DNA of 64,000 nucleotides from Octopus sinensis (taxonomy: Eukaryota), in assembly GCF_006345805.1 (NCBI RefSeq), contig NC_043001.1, positions 86,800,001 through 86,864,000 of the forward strand. The letters are read 5' to 3'. The position numbers were made by a program, and so were the translations under genes. Numbering within the stretch: the first letter of the stretch is position 1; each line of letters opens with the position of its first letter. Below are positions 26,335-39,700 of this stretch, piece after piece. The notes beneath the pieces were generated by a model, which saw only the letters and a program-made list of their open reading frames with translations, had not been told where the DNA came from and searched no databases.

Positions 26335-29300
26335 CACATATATACAACGGGCTTCTTTCAGTTTCCGTCTACAAATCTACTCACAAGGCTTTGGTTGGCC
26401 CGAGGCTATAGTAAAAGACACTTGCCCAAGGTGCCATGCAGTGGGACTGAACCCGGAACCATGTGGTTGGTGAGCAAGCTACTTACCACACAGCCACTCC
26501 TACGCCTATACTGAAAATATGACTAAAGTGAGCATAACATTTTTACGAGATGATATTTTGCATATACTGGTAGAATAACTCTTCCTACAGAGTAACTATT
26601 CTAGTTCTTTGTCAAGAAAATAATGAATTTCAAAAAAAAGTAAAGTATTGTCAATGAGTTCTTGATGAATGAGTGTTGCAAGCTATCTGATACCAACAGA
26701 AGGCTACTAGTTGTTGGTGGAGATGACAACTCTAGCAAGAGCTATGTACACAGGTGGATGAAGAAGTTTGACCATTCAGCATTAAGATTCCGTTAAATGT
26801 AATGCTTATTTATTCACACTCTCTTGAATTGCTCATGCATTATCTTGTAACTTTGAGATTTCAATGATGTGATCATTTACTTTTCATATGACATTGTCAG
26901 GTAGGTATGAGAGACCAGATTTAACTAGTTTGAGCATTAAACAAGTAGAATATTTTGGTTGGATATGGTCAACTTAAATGCTAAAGGGTTAAAGAAGAGG
27001 GCAACCAGCACTGAAGACAGATCACACAATGGGAGACCATCAACTGTGACCACTGACAACACACCAGCAAGTGAATGAATTGATTCACATGGACAGACGA
27101 GTCAGAATCTGTTAGCTTACTACAAAATTGGACTGTGGTCACAATGCATTATAGAAGAAGTGGAAAGACTTCGGGTGTCATAAAGTGTATGCAACCTAAG
27201 CAGTTGACCCCAGATTTGAAGGAGAAAAGAGTGAAAGTCTGCTCTGATCTAATGGAAGCATTTCAAGCCAAAGAGGAAACATTTATTAATCACTTTTTCT
27301 TTTTTTTTCCAAATCTGGCGAGAGAGGCCGAAATGCGGACATATCTTTATGATCTGGAAATGAAAGTTCAGTCAATGAAATGACATCACACTGCTTCAAG
27401 TACTAGGAAGTTTAAATGCTAATGATCTGCACAGAAAGACATTGTGATTTTTTTTTTAAAGGAAGGTCATGATTTGTTTGGAATGTGACTAGCAAAATAA
27501 AAAGATTTTTTTTAAAAAATGGAATGTCTAATCTACTATTCATGAACATGTACACCTAAGTGGTTACTTGACAAGAAACAACAGCTGAATGTCCTTCAAA
27601 TTAGATTGTTCTGTTTTTTAAAAATAATTAGAAAAAACATACAATAGCTCTGTTGGATCAGGTTATCGAGGGCTCATACAATAATGAACATAACACCCAA
27701 ACAAATAGGCCAAATATGTCTTTATGACACCAACTATACTGATTGTACTTTTATAAGTTTGTTGAAGAAAGCTGGAGAATAGCATGGCACTTGCAGAGCA
27801 TCAAAGATAGGTGAAGAAGATGAAGTTGATACCAACTCTAGATAGAATGAGAACAAAGAAGTCCTGGTCCCTAAATATAATAATGACTTGACTAAAAGTA
27901 CCCAAGGAGCAGGTAGTGGTGTTAAACTAAGTGGAATATAAGAAGTTATGTTTACATAGTAAAACTTTCAACCAATCACAAACTTTCTAAACATTACATG
28001 GTTTAACTTTCAGCCAATCACAAGACATCTGAACAGTCCAGTCCATGTTATTACCTCAACTTTCCAGTTGTTATGGTCAATGGAAGAGCCTGCTCATGAT
28101 ATTAACTGGGTGGGTGAGTTCTCCACAGATCTTTTAAACTAAGGTACAACTCATTTTTGCCAGCTGAATGGATTGGAGCAACGTGAAATAAAGTGTCTTG
28201 CTCAAGGACACAATACACTGCCAGGAATTGAACCCACGACCAATCGTGAGCCAAATACCCTAGCCACTAAGTCACGTGCCTTCACAAGCTATATAAACAG
28301 TACATAGTGTTACTAATCTTCCCCTGCCAGAATATACATCACTAGCTCAATGCTTCTCTACTCCTTTTGTATTGACTAAAAAATAAGGACTTCCGACTAC
28401 CTCTTTTCGTACATGGTGTCTAACACTGTTAGTCACTGAAGTTTCCAGCGCTTAGAGATTGTCAAACAAACAAACAAAAAATTAAATAAAAGAATTTTAA
28501 AAAATGAAAATAAACAAAAATATTCAAATGTTGAACTGTTACCAATTTGAAAGTATGCCACTAATATTTTATATAATTCAGCTTAACAATGATAGTTTCA
28601 TGTAAAACCAGTTCAGCTAAATGAAGTTACAAATTAAATCAATATGAGACATTCACATTTTCATTTGCTTTAGGTTTTAGACACAATTTTATTATTGCTT
28701 TTTTTTTTTTATCATATTTTTTAAAAATTATTTTTAACTCATTTTTTAAATCATATTTTTATACCTGCAATCATATACTGCACCCCACCACTACTACTGC
28801 CATATTATACGGCTGCCTCCTGCTCTACAATCCTCCACCACCACAATATACAGCTGCCTCCTCTACAATAACCCTCATCACTGCCACCACATTATATGGT
28901 TGCCTCCTACTCTACAATAACTCCATCAACACCACCACCAGTACCACGATATATGGTTGCCTCTAGCCCTACACTGCTCAACCACAAAACATTACATTTG
29001 TAGGAAATGATGGCTCCCATGGTAAAAACAGTACACATTATCTTGTCTCAGGGAGTGAACCACTATCACTTCCTCTATCTTTTGTTGGAATCAGAGAATT
29101 GGTATGGAAACTCACTTTAATTCAACAATTTTTGCTGGTTCAGTTGAGGTACTATGCCAGATAGAGTATTCGCACTTTGGGAAAAAACAGTTCCATTCCT
29201 TGAGAATTAAAACACGAACACCTCAGAATTTGTGATCCCAAATGGTTTTCTAACCTGGTATTGTTAATGGTTTTAACATATTTAAACAACTTGAATTTCC

Positions 29301-32300
29301 AGCTTCAGGGGAGAAAAAAATTAGCTGATATACAGTGTGTAGAGGTACATATTCATCTTCAACTGTGAGAATGCCAGCTTGGAGAAATCAAACTATGCCC
29401 ATTTCTCTATACTCAGAGATCAAATCTACAGAAAGCAACATATTTAAGATTCTGATATGTGGTTTAACCCTTTAGAATTTCAACTGGCCATATCCAGCTC
29501 AAATATTCCACTGGTTTTATGTTAACACTGGCCAGATCTGGCCTCTCACACCTATACTACAATATCATTCTAAAAATAAAGGAAGCACATCATTGAAATC
29601 TCAATGCTACAACATACAGCAGGACTAATTCAAAGCAATATGAATAAAAAAGCATCATATTTAACAGAGTAATCTGAATGTTAAAAGGTTACAAGCTAAC
29701 TCAATTTTGAACTATGGAGCATATTTCATGTGGGAATAGACACAGCACCAGGAAATTTTCAAATGAAACTTATGTATATGCAATGCTATGACAAATTAAA
29801 CTTCAAAATATATGTAGTGGATATATAGGTGCAGGAGTTGCTGTGAGGTAAGTAGCTTGCTTACCAGTCACATAGTTCCAGGTTCAGTCCCACTGTGTGG
29901 CACCTTGGGCAAGTGTCTTCTATTATAGCTTTGGGCCAACCAAATCCTTGTGAGTGGATTTGGTAGACGGAAACTGAAAGAAGCTTGTCATATATATATG
30001 AATGTATGTATATATATATATTTATTAGTGTGTCTGTGCTTGTCTCCCCCACAACATCGCTTGACAACCAATGCTGGTGCCTTTACATCCCCATAACTTA
30101 GTGGTTCAGCAAAAGAGACCAACAGAATAAGTACTAGGTTTACAAAGAATAAGTCCTGGGGTGGATTTGCTTGACTAAAAGACGGTGCTCCAGCATGGCT
30201 GCAGTCAAATGACTGAAACAAGTAAAAGAATGAAAGAGTATCTAGCCCCAATATCTACTTCAGCAGGATGTCTATGATTGGATGCCCTTCCTAATGCCAA
30301 CCACTTTATATTGTACTGAGTGTTTTTTTGTTTTTTTTGTGGCACCAGCACTAGTGAGGTCACCAAGTAACTTGCAAGAAAAGACACCCCACTCAACTGA
30401 GTGGGGCTGTAGTACTGAGAGAGATGGCTTTATGCTCCTCTCTCAGAGAAAGAAAGATGCATATATATACGTATATACACACACAATCAAAATACAACCG
30501 TACGAAAAAGATGACAGATGACTGAGATATGTGGCACGTTGCTGTACTCAATAAAACTTGTCCACCACAACAGAATTGATACACTAAAACCAAGGTGCCA
30601 CATAAAAAGCATTGATGTGGGCACTCGTGCCATGTAAAATGCACCCAGTACATTCTGTAGATGGTTAGCATTAGCAAGGGCATCGAGCTGTAGAAATTAA
30701 GCTCAAGCAGACTATGGAACCTGGTGTGAAATCTTGTCAGTTCTTGTCAAGCCATCCAACCCATGCCAGCATGGAAAACAGATATCAAACATTGATGACA
30801 CACTACATATTAATACACATACAATATATATCTCTCTTTTACTTGTTTCAGTCATTTGACTGCGGCCATGCTGGAGCACCGCCTTTAGTCGAGCAAATCG
30901 ACCCCAGAACTTATTCTTTGTAAGCCTAGTACTTATTCTATCGGTCTCTTTTGCCAAACCGCTAAGTTATGGGGGACGTAAACACGCCAGCATCAGCTGT
31001 CAAGCGATGTTGAGGGGACAAACACAGACACACAAACATATATATATATATATAGCGACGGGCTTCTTTCAGTTTCCATCTACCAAATACACTCACAAGG
31101 CTTTGGTCAGCCCGAGGCTATAGTAGAAGACACTTGCCCAAGGTGCCACGCAGTGGGACTGAACCCGGAACCATGTTGTTGGTAAGCAAGCTACTTACCA
31201 CACAGCCACTCCTGCACCTACACAACACACACAATACATGTACAAACACACCATCATAAACATCATCATTTACCTCTTTTTCATGCTAGTGTGAGTTGGA
31301 TGAGTCATCACAATCCAAGTCAGTTTATATTTGGAGTAACTGATCTATCATATTTGGACAGGAAACCATGTTTTCTTCATACATTTTATTTTGGCATGGT
31401 TTCTATGATTGGATGTCTTTCCTAATACCAACCATTTTAGATATTTATACATAAAGTGTATGTATGTGTATGTCTGTCAGTGTGTGTGTGAGAGAGAGTA
31501 CGCCCACATATGACTGACTGACTACTCAATGAATACCAACATCAGTAGCTATTTGTTGAACAAGTATCTCAGTGAAGTGTCCTTCAGATTTTAAGTACTT
31601 TGTTCACATACACAAATCCTAAAACATAGAGCCGATATGCAGTGACTCAGACCACTAGAAAGAACAGTCTAATCTACTTCCAATAACATCCTATTCATCA
31701 TCATCATTTTAATGTCTACTTTTTCATGCTTGTAAGGGTCCAGCAGAATTCATAGAAGCAGATTTTCTATGACTAAATACCTTCCTTTCAACACCCTAAG
31801 CTGTTTCCAAACAAGGTATTAGGTTGTCAAGAAAGTTCTTGCAGAATTTTTAATTAATTTTTGTTAAATTACTTTGACTTTATATATAATTTTAAAGCCC
31901 GTTTTTCACTCTATCTAATCATGTTGCTCTTTTTATGTTTTTAATAATTAGGCCATTTTTTTTCCGGAATGTTGAATACAACATGGACAAAAAGCAAATT
32001 TGCACAATTTTCTTATTCCAGCTCAAGCTAGGCTGAAAAGCTGCTGAATCAGTTCATGATATCAACGATGCATTTGGCCCAGGAACCACTGATGAATGTA
32101 CAGCACAATGGTGGTTCAAGAAATTTCGTAGTGGTGACGAGAGTCTTGAAGATAATAAGAGTAGTGGTCAGCCATCGGATGTTGACAACAATCACCTAAG
32201 AGCCTTAGTCGAAGCCAATCCATGCACAACTGTTCGAGAGCTTGCTTCTGAATTAGACATAACATATATGACAATTTCCAACCACCTGAAAGAGATTTGA

Positions 32301-33194
32301 AAAACAAAAATACTTGAGAAATGGGTGCCGCACAAATTGAATGACAACCAAAAAAAAACGCCATTTTGAAGTGTCACCTTCCCTTCTTTTAAGCAACAAG
32401 AACAACCCGTTTCTCAACCGGATTGTGACTTGCGATGAAAAGTGGATTCTGTACAACAACCGGCAATGCCTAGCTCAGTGGTTGGACGCTGATGAAGCTC
32501 CACGGTACTTCCTGAAGCCAAAGTTGCACCAAAAGAAGGTCATGGTGACTGTTTGGTGATCTGCGGCTAGTCTCATCCATCACAGCTTTTTGGATCCAGG
32601 CGAAACCATTACGGCGGAGAAGTACTGTCAGCAAATGGATAAAATGCATAAGAAACTCCAACAGCTAGCATTGGTCAATAGAAAAGGACCAATTCTTCTC
32701 CACAACAATGCTTGGCCGCACATCACACAACTGACCCTGGAGAAGTTGAACGAATTGAACTACAAAACTGCCTCATCCACCATACTCACTAGACCTCTCA
32801 CCCACCGACTACCACCTTTTCAAACATCTCAACAACTTCCTGTATGATAAATGCTTCAAAAACCAAGACGATACCAAACACACCTTCAACGACTTCATCA
32901 CCACCAGAACACAGGATTTTTGCGCTACTGGCATAAATAAACTTGTTTCGCGTTGGCAAAAGTGTGTTAATTCTGATGGTATTTATTACAATTAATAAAG
33001 TTTTGTTGGAGCTGAGATATGTGCATCTGAATTTAAAGGTTAAAAACCACAAGAACTTTCTTGACAACCTAATAATATTTCACCATGACCAGACATATTA
33101 CTCACAGAAGACTGGAAATGAACGACATTACTTGTATGATGCTGTCATATGCCTACAGCTAACACACAATGTCAGGAGAAAGACACTGAAACAG

Positions 33195-33231
<37 letters not shown>

Positions 33232-36200
33232 TCATAGAAATCAGCTAACTTTTCTCTGAAGATTTCCTGAAGAAAGCCTCAGCCTAAAATATTAAAATAG
33301 CAGCTAAAAACCATCAAGCTGTATTATACATTTTTATAACTTGCATTGTTTTGGTTTTAAAAAGATTAAATACACATCACACACAATGGGCTTCTTTCAG
33401 TTTCCATCTACCAAACCATTCCAAAGACTGGTTGGACAGAGGCTATAATAGAAGACCAAGGTGCCACATAGAGAGATTATATCCAAAACTATGAGCCTAG
33501 GAAGAGAAACTTATGACCCTGCCTGAAACTATTACAAAAAGGAAAGATAAATAATGAAAGAACAAAAGAAAGGAAAGAAGGAAGAAACATTGATTATAAT
33601 GCATACAAAAAGACAATCTTAAGGCTGCTTAACCTGAGCTGACCTAAAGTTAAGTGACAATAAAAAAGAAACAACAACAACTCTGCACAGTGTTTTTCAA
33701 ATAATTATTTCATCACAATTAATTATCTTAATAAATGCAGGAGTGGCCATGTGGTAAGTAGCTTGCTTACCAACCACATGGTTCCAGGTTCAGTCCCACT
33801 GTATGGCACCCTGAGCAAGTGTCTCCCACTATAGCCTCAAACCAACCAAATTGAGTGGATTTGGCAGACAAAAACTGACAGAAGCCCATCATATATATGT
33901 ATGTGTGTCTGTCTGTCTGTCTTCCTACTATTGCTTGACAACCAATTTTGGTGTGTTTATGTCCATGTAACTTAGCAGTTCGGCAAAAGAGGTCAATAGA
34001 ATAAGCACTAGCTTTACAAAGAATAGGCCCTGGGGTCGATTTGTTTGACTAAAGGCAGTGCTCCAGCATAGCTGCAGTCAAATTACTAAAACAAATAAAA
34101 GAATAAAAAAAATACACAAAGATGTTGCTAAGTTACCCAATACAATGTCTTACTGCAGTAAGTTGCCTTTTCTATTTTTTCCCAGTACCTTTAAATTATA
34201 TTGAAGCCATTACTTTCTATTTTTTTTTCTGTCTTTTATCTTGTGTTTTGATCATTGGTCTGCAGCCATGCTAAATGCACTACTTTGCAGGAAGAGTTTT
34301 AGTCAAACAAACCTCTCAAGCCTCTTTTGCTGAACTTCTAAGTAACTGGGACATAAGCAAACCAGCACCCATCGTCAAGTGGTAGAGTGGAACAAACAGA
34401 AATACAGGCAGGCACACACACACACACAGGGCTTCCACTCAGTTTCCATCTGCCAATTTCACTCACAAGGCAATGGCTGGCCCAGAACTATAGTATAAGA
34501 TACCTGCCCAAGGTGCTACACAGTGGGACTAAACCCCAAAGTAAATGGTAGCAAAGTGATTGCCTATTTGTATAAACTTAGAAGGAAAATATGGACAAGA
34601 AATTTTCATTCAAAGTCCATTAAACATCAGAGTGCAATGTCCTTTTCTTGTCTCACTTGGAATTTTTGCTTTAGTTTCTATTACTTTCTGATATTTATTG
34701 CCAACTTACAAGAATTAGCTCTAATGTTAGAAAAATTGAGAAGTGAAAGAAAACCTGAAAGGAATTTACAGACTGCACCAAATGAGGCATGAATGAATTC
34801 AAAGACAGTTTTCAGTAAAGCATCAGTGTTTATAATAATAATACAAATAAACGTGCATAATAATAAATTCCCGTGTAAAAAAGAAATGAACATTCTGTTC
34901 ATGAAGGCATATGTAGCATGGTAAGATGAAAACAAAACCACAACCCAAGATGTATAGAAACCTGTTATACTTCCCATTTATGACACTCGAGATGCAACAA
35001 ATAGCCTTAAAAAGCATATTTGATGCTGGCAGACACTCAATGAATATAGGAATGAATGAACGAGTGAATGAACTGTCAGTCTATTTTTACAGCTATACAG
35101 CTAACGAAGTATATAGCAATAACAAGGTGAAACTTTATACAAGATATGTGCTAAGATGCAGAAAGGACAAACAAATGAGAGAGAGAGAGAGAAAAAAAAA
35201 GAAAATTAAATGAAATTTAAATTGCTTGCTGATCGCTTTAAAAATAAGATGTGGTTTTTCACAGTTCAGTTCAAGTAATTTCTAGTCGGCTATTACGATT
35301 TCAGATGTGTACTTGTTTGGCGACTTGATTATAATTTCCCTATTTACAAAATAAAAAACACAGAATCTACCATACAGAGAATTTCAAAGAGGGGAGTAAA
35401 AAACAAACAATAAAAAAGATACCATTTAATTTCACCATTACTGTAGACGTAATAGATGAATGATTGTTGAGTAAAAGAGACATTTTCAACAACTATTGGC
35501 TGACCATCAATTACAGCCATTACATCACTTTTTAACTCACTTTCATAATTACTGGCAAAGTTCAACCAACAAATTTCTTGTTTATTTGTAATCTTCTCTT
35601 CATACATACATACACGCATGTGTATGTGTGTGTTTACACAAGCATATGTGCATATTTATACAGACATGGGAGTATGTATATGTGTAGGTGCAGGCATGGC
35701 TATGTGGTTAAGAAGTTTGCTTCCCAAGCACAGTTTCAGGTTTAGTCTTACTACATGGTACTTTGGGCAAGTGTCTTTTACTATAGTCCTAGGCCAATGA
35801 AAGCCTTGTAAGTGGATTTGGTCAAAAGAAACAAAGAAGCTAATCATGTATATACGTGTGTGTGTGTGTTAGCACCTCCACTACACACATTTTTTTCTCT
35901 CCTTGTTTTTTCTGTGTCCCTTTCTGTAGAAGAGCGCAGGCTCGAAATGTAAAAGACTTTTTTCTATTCCTGAGCATTATACTAATACATCTGTTTGTCT
36001 TGTAAACCACCTGTCTTCGTCTTTTTCGTAAACTCTCCCTATGTTTATAAATGCCTTTGACTGCTACAAACATCCCCCAAAAGCATTCTGTATAGACAAT
36101 AGATACTAAAAAGCATCAAAATTCTATTATCAGTTGATGGAATTCTATTAGTACATCAGCAGATGGTGCTACCCGATCATGTGATATCACCTGTATCACA

Positions 36201-36691
36201 CACCATCACAGCTAACCAAGCTAAATGTCAGAACAGAAAATCAGGCAAACTGATATGGAATAATACTGACCAAACAGCCATTGGTGTTGCAAAAAGCAGA
36301 CGGGCTGTGCATAAATTAGCTATTAGCAACAGAAGCAATTTTTGCAATGAACATTAATTAGTGCATCCAACTTAATTTGGATATGTTGTTTATAATGCCT
36401 AAGACTGCTAACGTGTATGTGAGTTTGTGTCTCTTCATTTTGACATTGCAATAGTTGTAAATGCATGTCACTATCATATATGCAGTAGTGTTTCAATATG
36501 AAAAATAGATGTTAAACAGATGGGTCGGAAGGAATTCACCGAAGCAGATTTTCTACAGCTGGATACTCTTCCTGTCACCAACACCCACCTGTTTGCAAGC
36601 AAATTAATATTTCCCCAACACCAGATATGTTTTTGTAGAATATTTGAAATGAATGACATTCATTTAGAACAATCAGGCAATGTGTTAGCAA

Positions 36692-36728
<37 letters not shown>

Positions 36729-39700
36729 CATCAAGTAATCATCATGATGTGATGATTACTTCACCTCTGTAACCAATACCACTAAAATGATACCATTGCA
36801 GTCCTAAGTTCAATCTAAGTACATGTCACTGAGAAAGGAGTGGCCTTGACTAAATTGGTGTACTCTACATTATCTATGCAAAGATGAATTCCAATGAAAT
36901 GCTATCTTTACATCCCATTGGCTTTTGGCACTCAGCACTAGCTAATCCAATAGTTAATACGATCATGATAAACTTACAGATCGCAATGGTTAACCAAGAC
37001 TGTTGTGTCATCTTGGCAATATTGTGTAGGGTGGTGGTTAAAGTGATGGCTGGTGTTATATTTCTTTAATGTATATAAACTTTACATTGAATATCTTGGC
37101 TCCTCTCCAACTCTATGTATGTATGTTATGAGAATAAGACTGGGTGAAGATATTCCCCAGTTTCAGATATCAAAGATTGTAAAAAGAAATTGCCAAAATG
37201 AAATATTTTTCTCAGGTAAATTTTTAGAATGTTGTTAATATTATAGCAAAGGCAGAGGGCAGTGGAATGGCAAAATAGCTAGAACATCCATGGTAAAATG
37301 TATTGCAGTATTTAAGGCTGTTTCATTTTGACATCAAACCCCACAGAAGTCAACTTTACTTTTCATCTTTATTGTACTATAATATACACCAGTTGAAGAC
37401 TGGCGGAGTCAATTTATAGACCATACTCTGCAACTCGAAATTTGTGGCTCCCTTATGACAAATTTACAAATCAGTAATAGAGTGAAAGGACTAAATAAGA
37501 GTAAATACTTTACTGTACTTAGTGATTTCAAATCCTACAAGTGTTTCATGTGCCAGAAAGAAATGGGCTTAGCTAAGTCGATTTGTTCTACAGAGACTAC
37601 ATGAAGCTGAGTTGATGTCTTCACAATCCCATTGCTTTTAGCAATCAGTTGACTTACACTTATTGTGCAGATGTAAGGAGTCAGTCATGAAATGTAACTT
37701 AGGCAATGGTCAGATCTGATGGAGCAGACTACCTTATCACTGTTATGTTATTTCTGGTTGTAGGTGCTGGCATGGTTAAGTGGTTAAAAAAGATTTTTCT
37801 TCAACCACATGTTCACTCCTACTGAGTGGCACCATGGGCAAGTGTCTTCCACAATAGCCCCTAGCTAACAAAGTCCTTAAGAAGCCTGTCCTCCCTCATG
37901 TATTTACCTACATACCAACACACAATGTGTTCCTGTTAAATCCTTTTGTCACAATATATCTTTCAAATTACCCCTTCCTTCTATCAGTGCCCACTCCTTA
38001 CACACTTCCCAACTTCAGCTACTACTTCTTTTGAAATTTTGTGAACTCACCTACCCACCCTCCCAAATCCCAAGTCCACTTTGCTATATACACCACTCTG
38101 TAACTTGAGTGTATGACCCCTGCCCCCACCCTGTCATATCTTCACCCTCTTTCTCTCCTCTCTCCTCTCTCTCCCCATCTGGGGTAGCCATGTTTCTCTT
38201 CTTATGCAAAACACCTTTTTTGTATCTTCAATACTACTCCCCACTAGGTAAGGGGCCTTGTCCAGTGCTGCATAGTACTTGGTGACCTCATTGTTGCTGG
38301 TGTTACATAAAAAGCACTCAGCACTCTTTGTAAAGTGGTTAGCATCAGGAAGGGCATTCAGCATCAGAAACCATGCCAAAACAGACAGTGGTACATGAAG
38401 CAGTCCACTGCTTTGCCAGCTCCTGTTGAACTGTCAAATCCATACCAGCATGGAAAACAAAGATTAAATGATGATGGAGTCAATAAGTTATTAATGATTC
38501 CATGAGAATGGGTCAACGATATCAGAAGGCTCCTGACTCCTGCATTAAACTGAGAGGAGAAAAGTGGGGCATAAAGTATTTCCACTGAGATGGGGATGGA
38601 TGAAAAAGTCAACCTCACTGCAACTTGAACTAATATGTACTAACCTCAGTACTTATTTCAATCTGGCATGTATTTTACAGATTTCTGCTTGATGCACTGC
38701 TAACTGAGACATTGTGGGACACAATACTCGATTCAACAACAAATGAAAACACACACATTAGGTGCAAGAATGAATGTGTGGTTGAAACATTTGCTTCCCA
38801 ACCACATGGTTCCACGTTCAGTCCCTCTGCATGGTACCTTGAGTAAATGTTTTCTACTATAGCTCTAGGCCAACCAGAGACTTGTGACTGAGTTTGGTAG
38901 ACAGAAACTGCATCGTTGTTCATCAGAAAATGATCATAAAATGTTTATAAAGGAGAGTAGCTTGCTTCATACTCCTCATATGCTGATTCTGCCCATAAGA
39001 AAGGAAAAAATAATACAATGTAGCTCATAACACCTGGGCAACACCTGGGTGCATTTTCTAGAGTGTGTGTGTGTGCATATCTTTGTGTTTGTCTTGGTAT
39101 GTTTACATACCTAAAACTTACCGGTTCAGCAAAAAAGACCAATAGAATATGTAGTAAAGCTTAAAAAATGAGGCCTGAGGTCAATTTGTTTGACTTAAAA
39201 AAAAAACCTTCAAGATGGTGTTCCAGCATGGCTGCAGTCAAATGACTGAAACAAGTAAAAGAATAAAAGAAAGAATAAGAACATAAAAGCATGGTTGTGT
39301 GGTTAGGAAGCTTGCTTGTCAAACACATGGTTTCAGGTTCAGTACCACTGAATGGCACCTTGTGCAAGTGTTTTCTGCTATGGCCTCAGACCAACTGAAG
39401 CCTTGTGATTGAATCTGATATGCAGAAGTTCCCATCATGTGTATACATGTATGTGAAAGTGCTTATGCCTTCTATAACAGACAGGAGGGAAATACACACA
39501 CACATATATCATCATCATCGTTTAACGTCCGCTTTAAATGCTAGCATGGGTTGGACGATTTGACTGAGGTCTGGCAAACCAGATGGCTGCACCAGACTCC
39601 AATCTGATCTAGCAGAGTTTCTACAGCTGGATGCCTTCCTAATGCCAACCACTCCGAGAGTGTAGTGGGTGCTTTTACGTGCCACTGGCACGAGAGCCAG

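Noticed and set aside
25931-26514. Overlapping YIYI/CVCV ORFs
   Set aside because: (TA)n/(TG)n microsatellite in a SINE.
28395-29270. Exon-like segments at ~28401-28450 and ~29115-29255 (minus)
   Set aside because: Weak acceptors, phases incompatible with the host gene, no recognisable peptide.
31983-32995. SETMAR gene call
   Set aside because: No SET domain, bounded by TIRs and TA duplication, multiple stops: a dead transposon.
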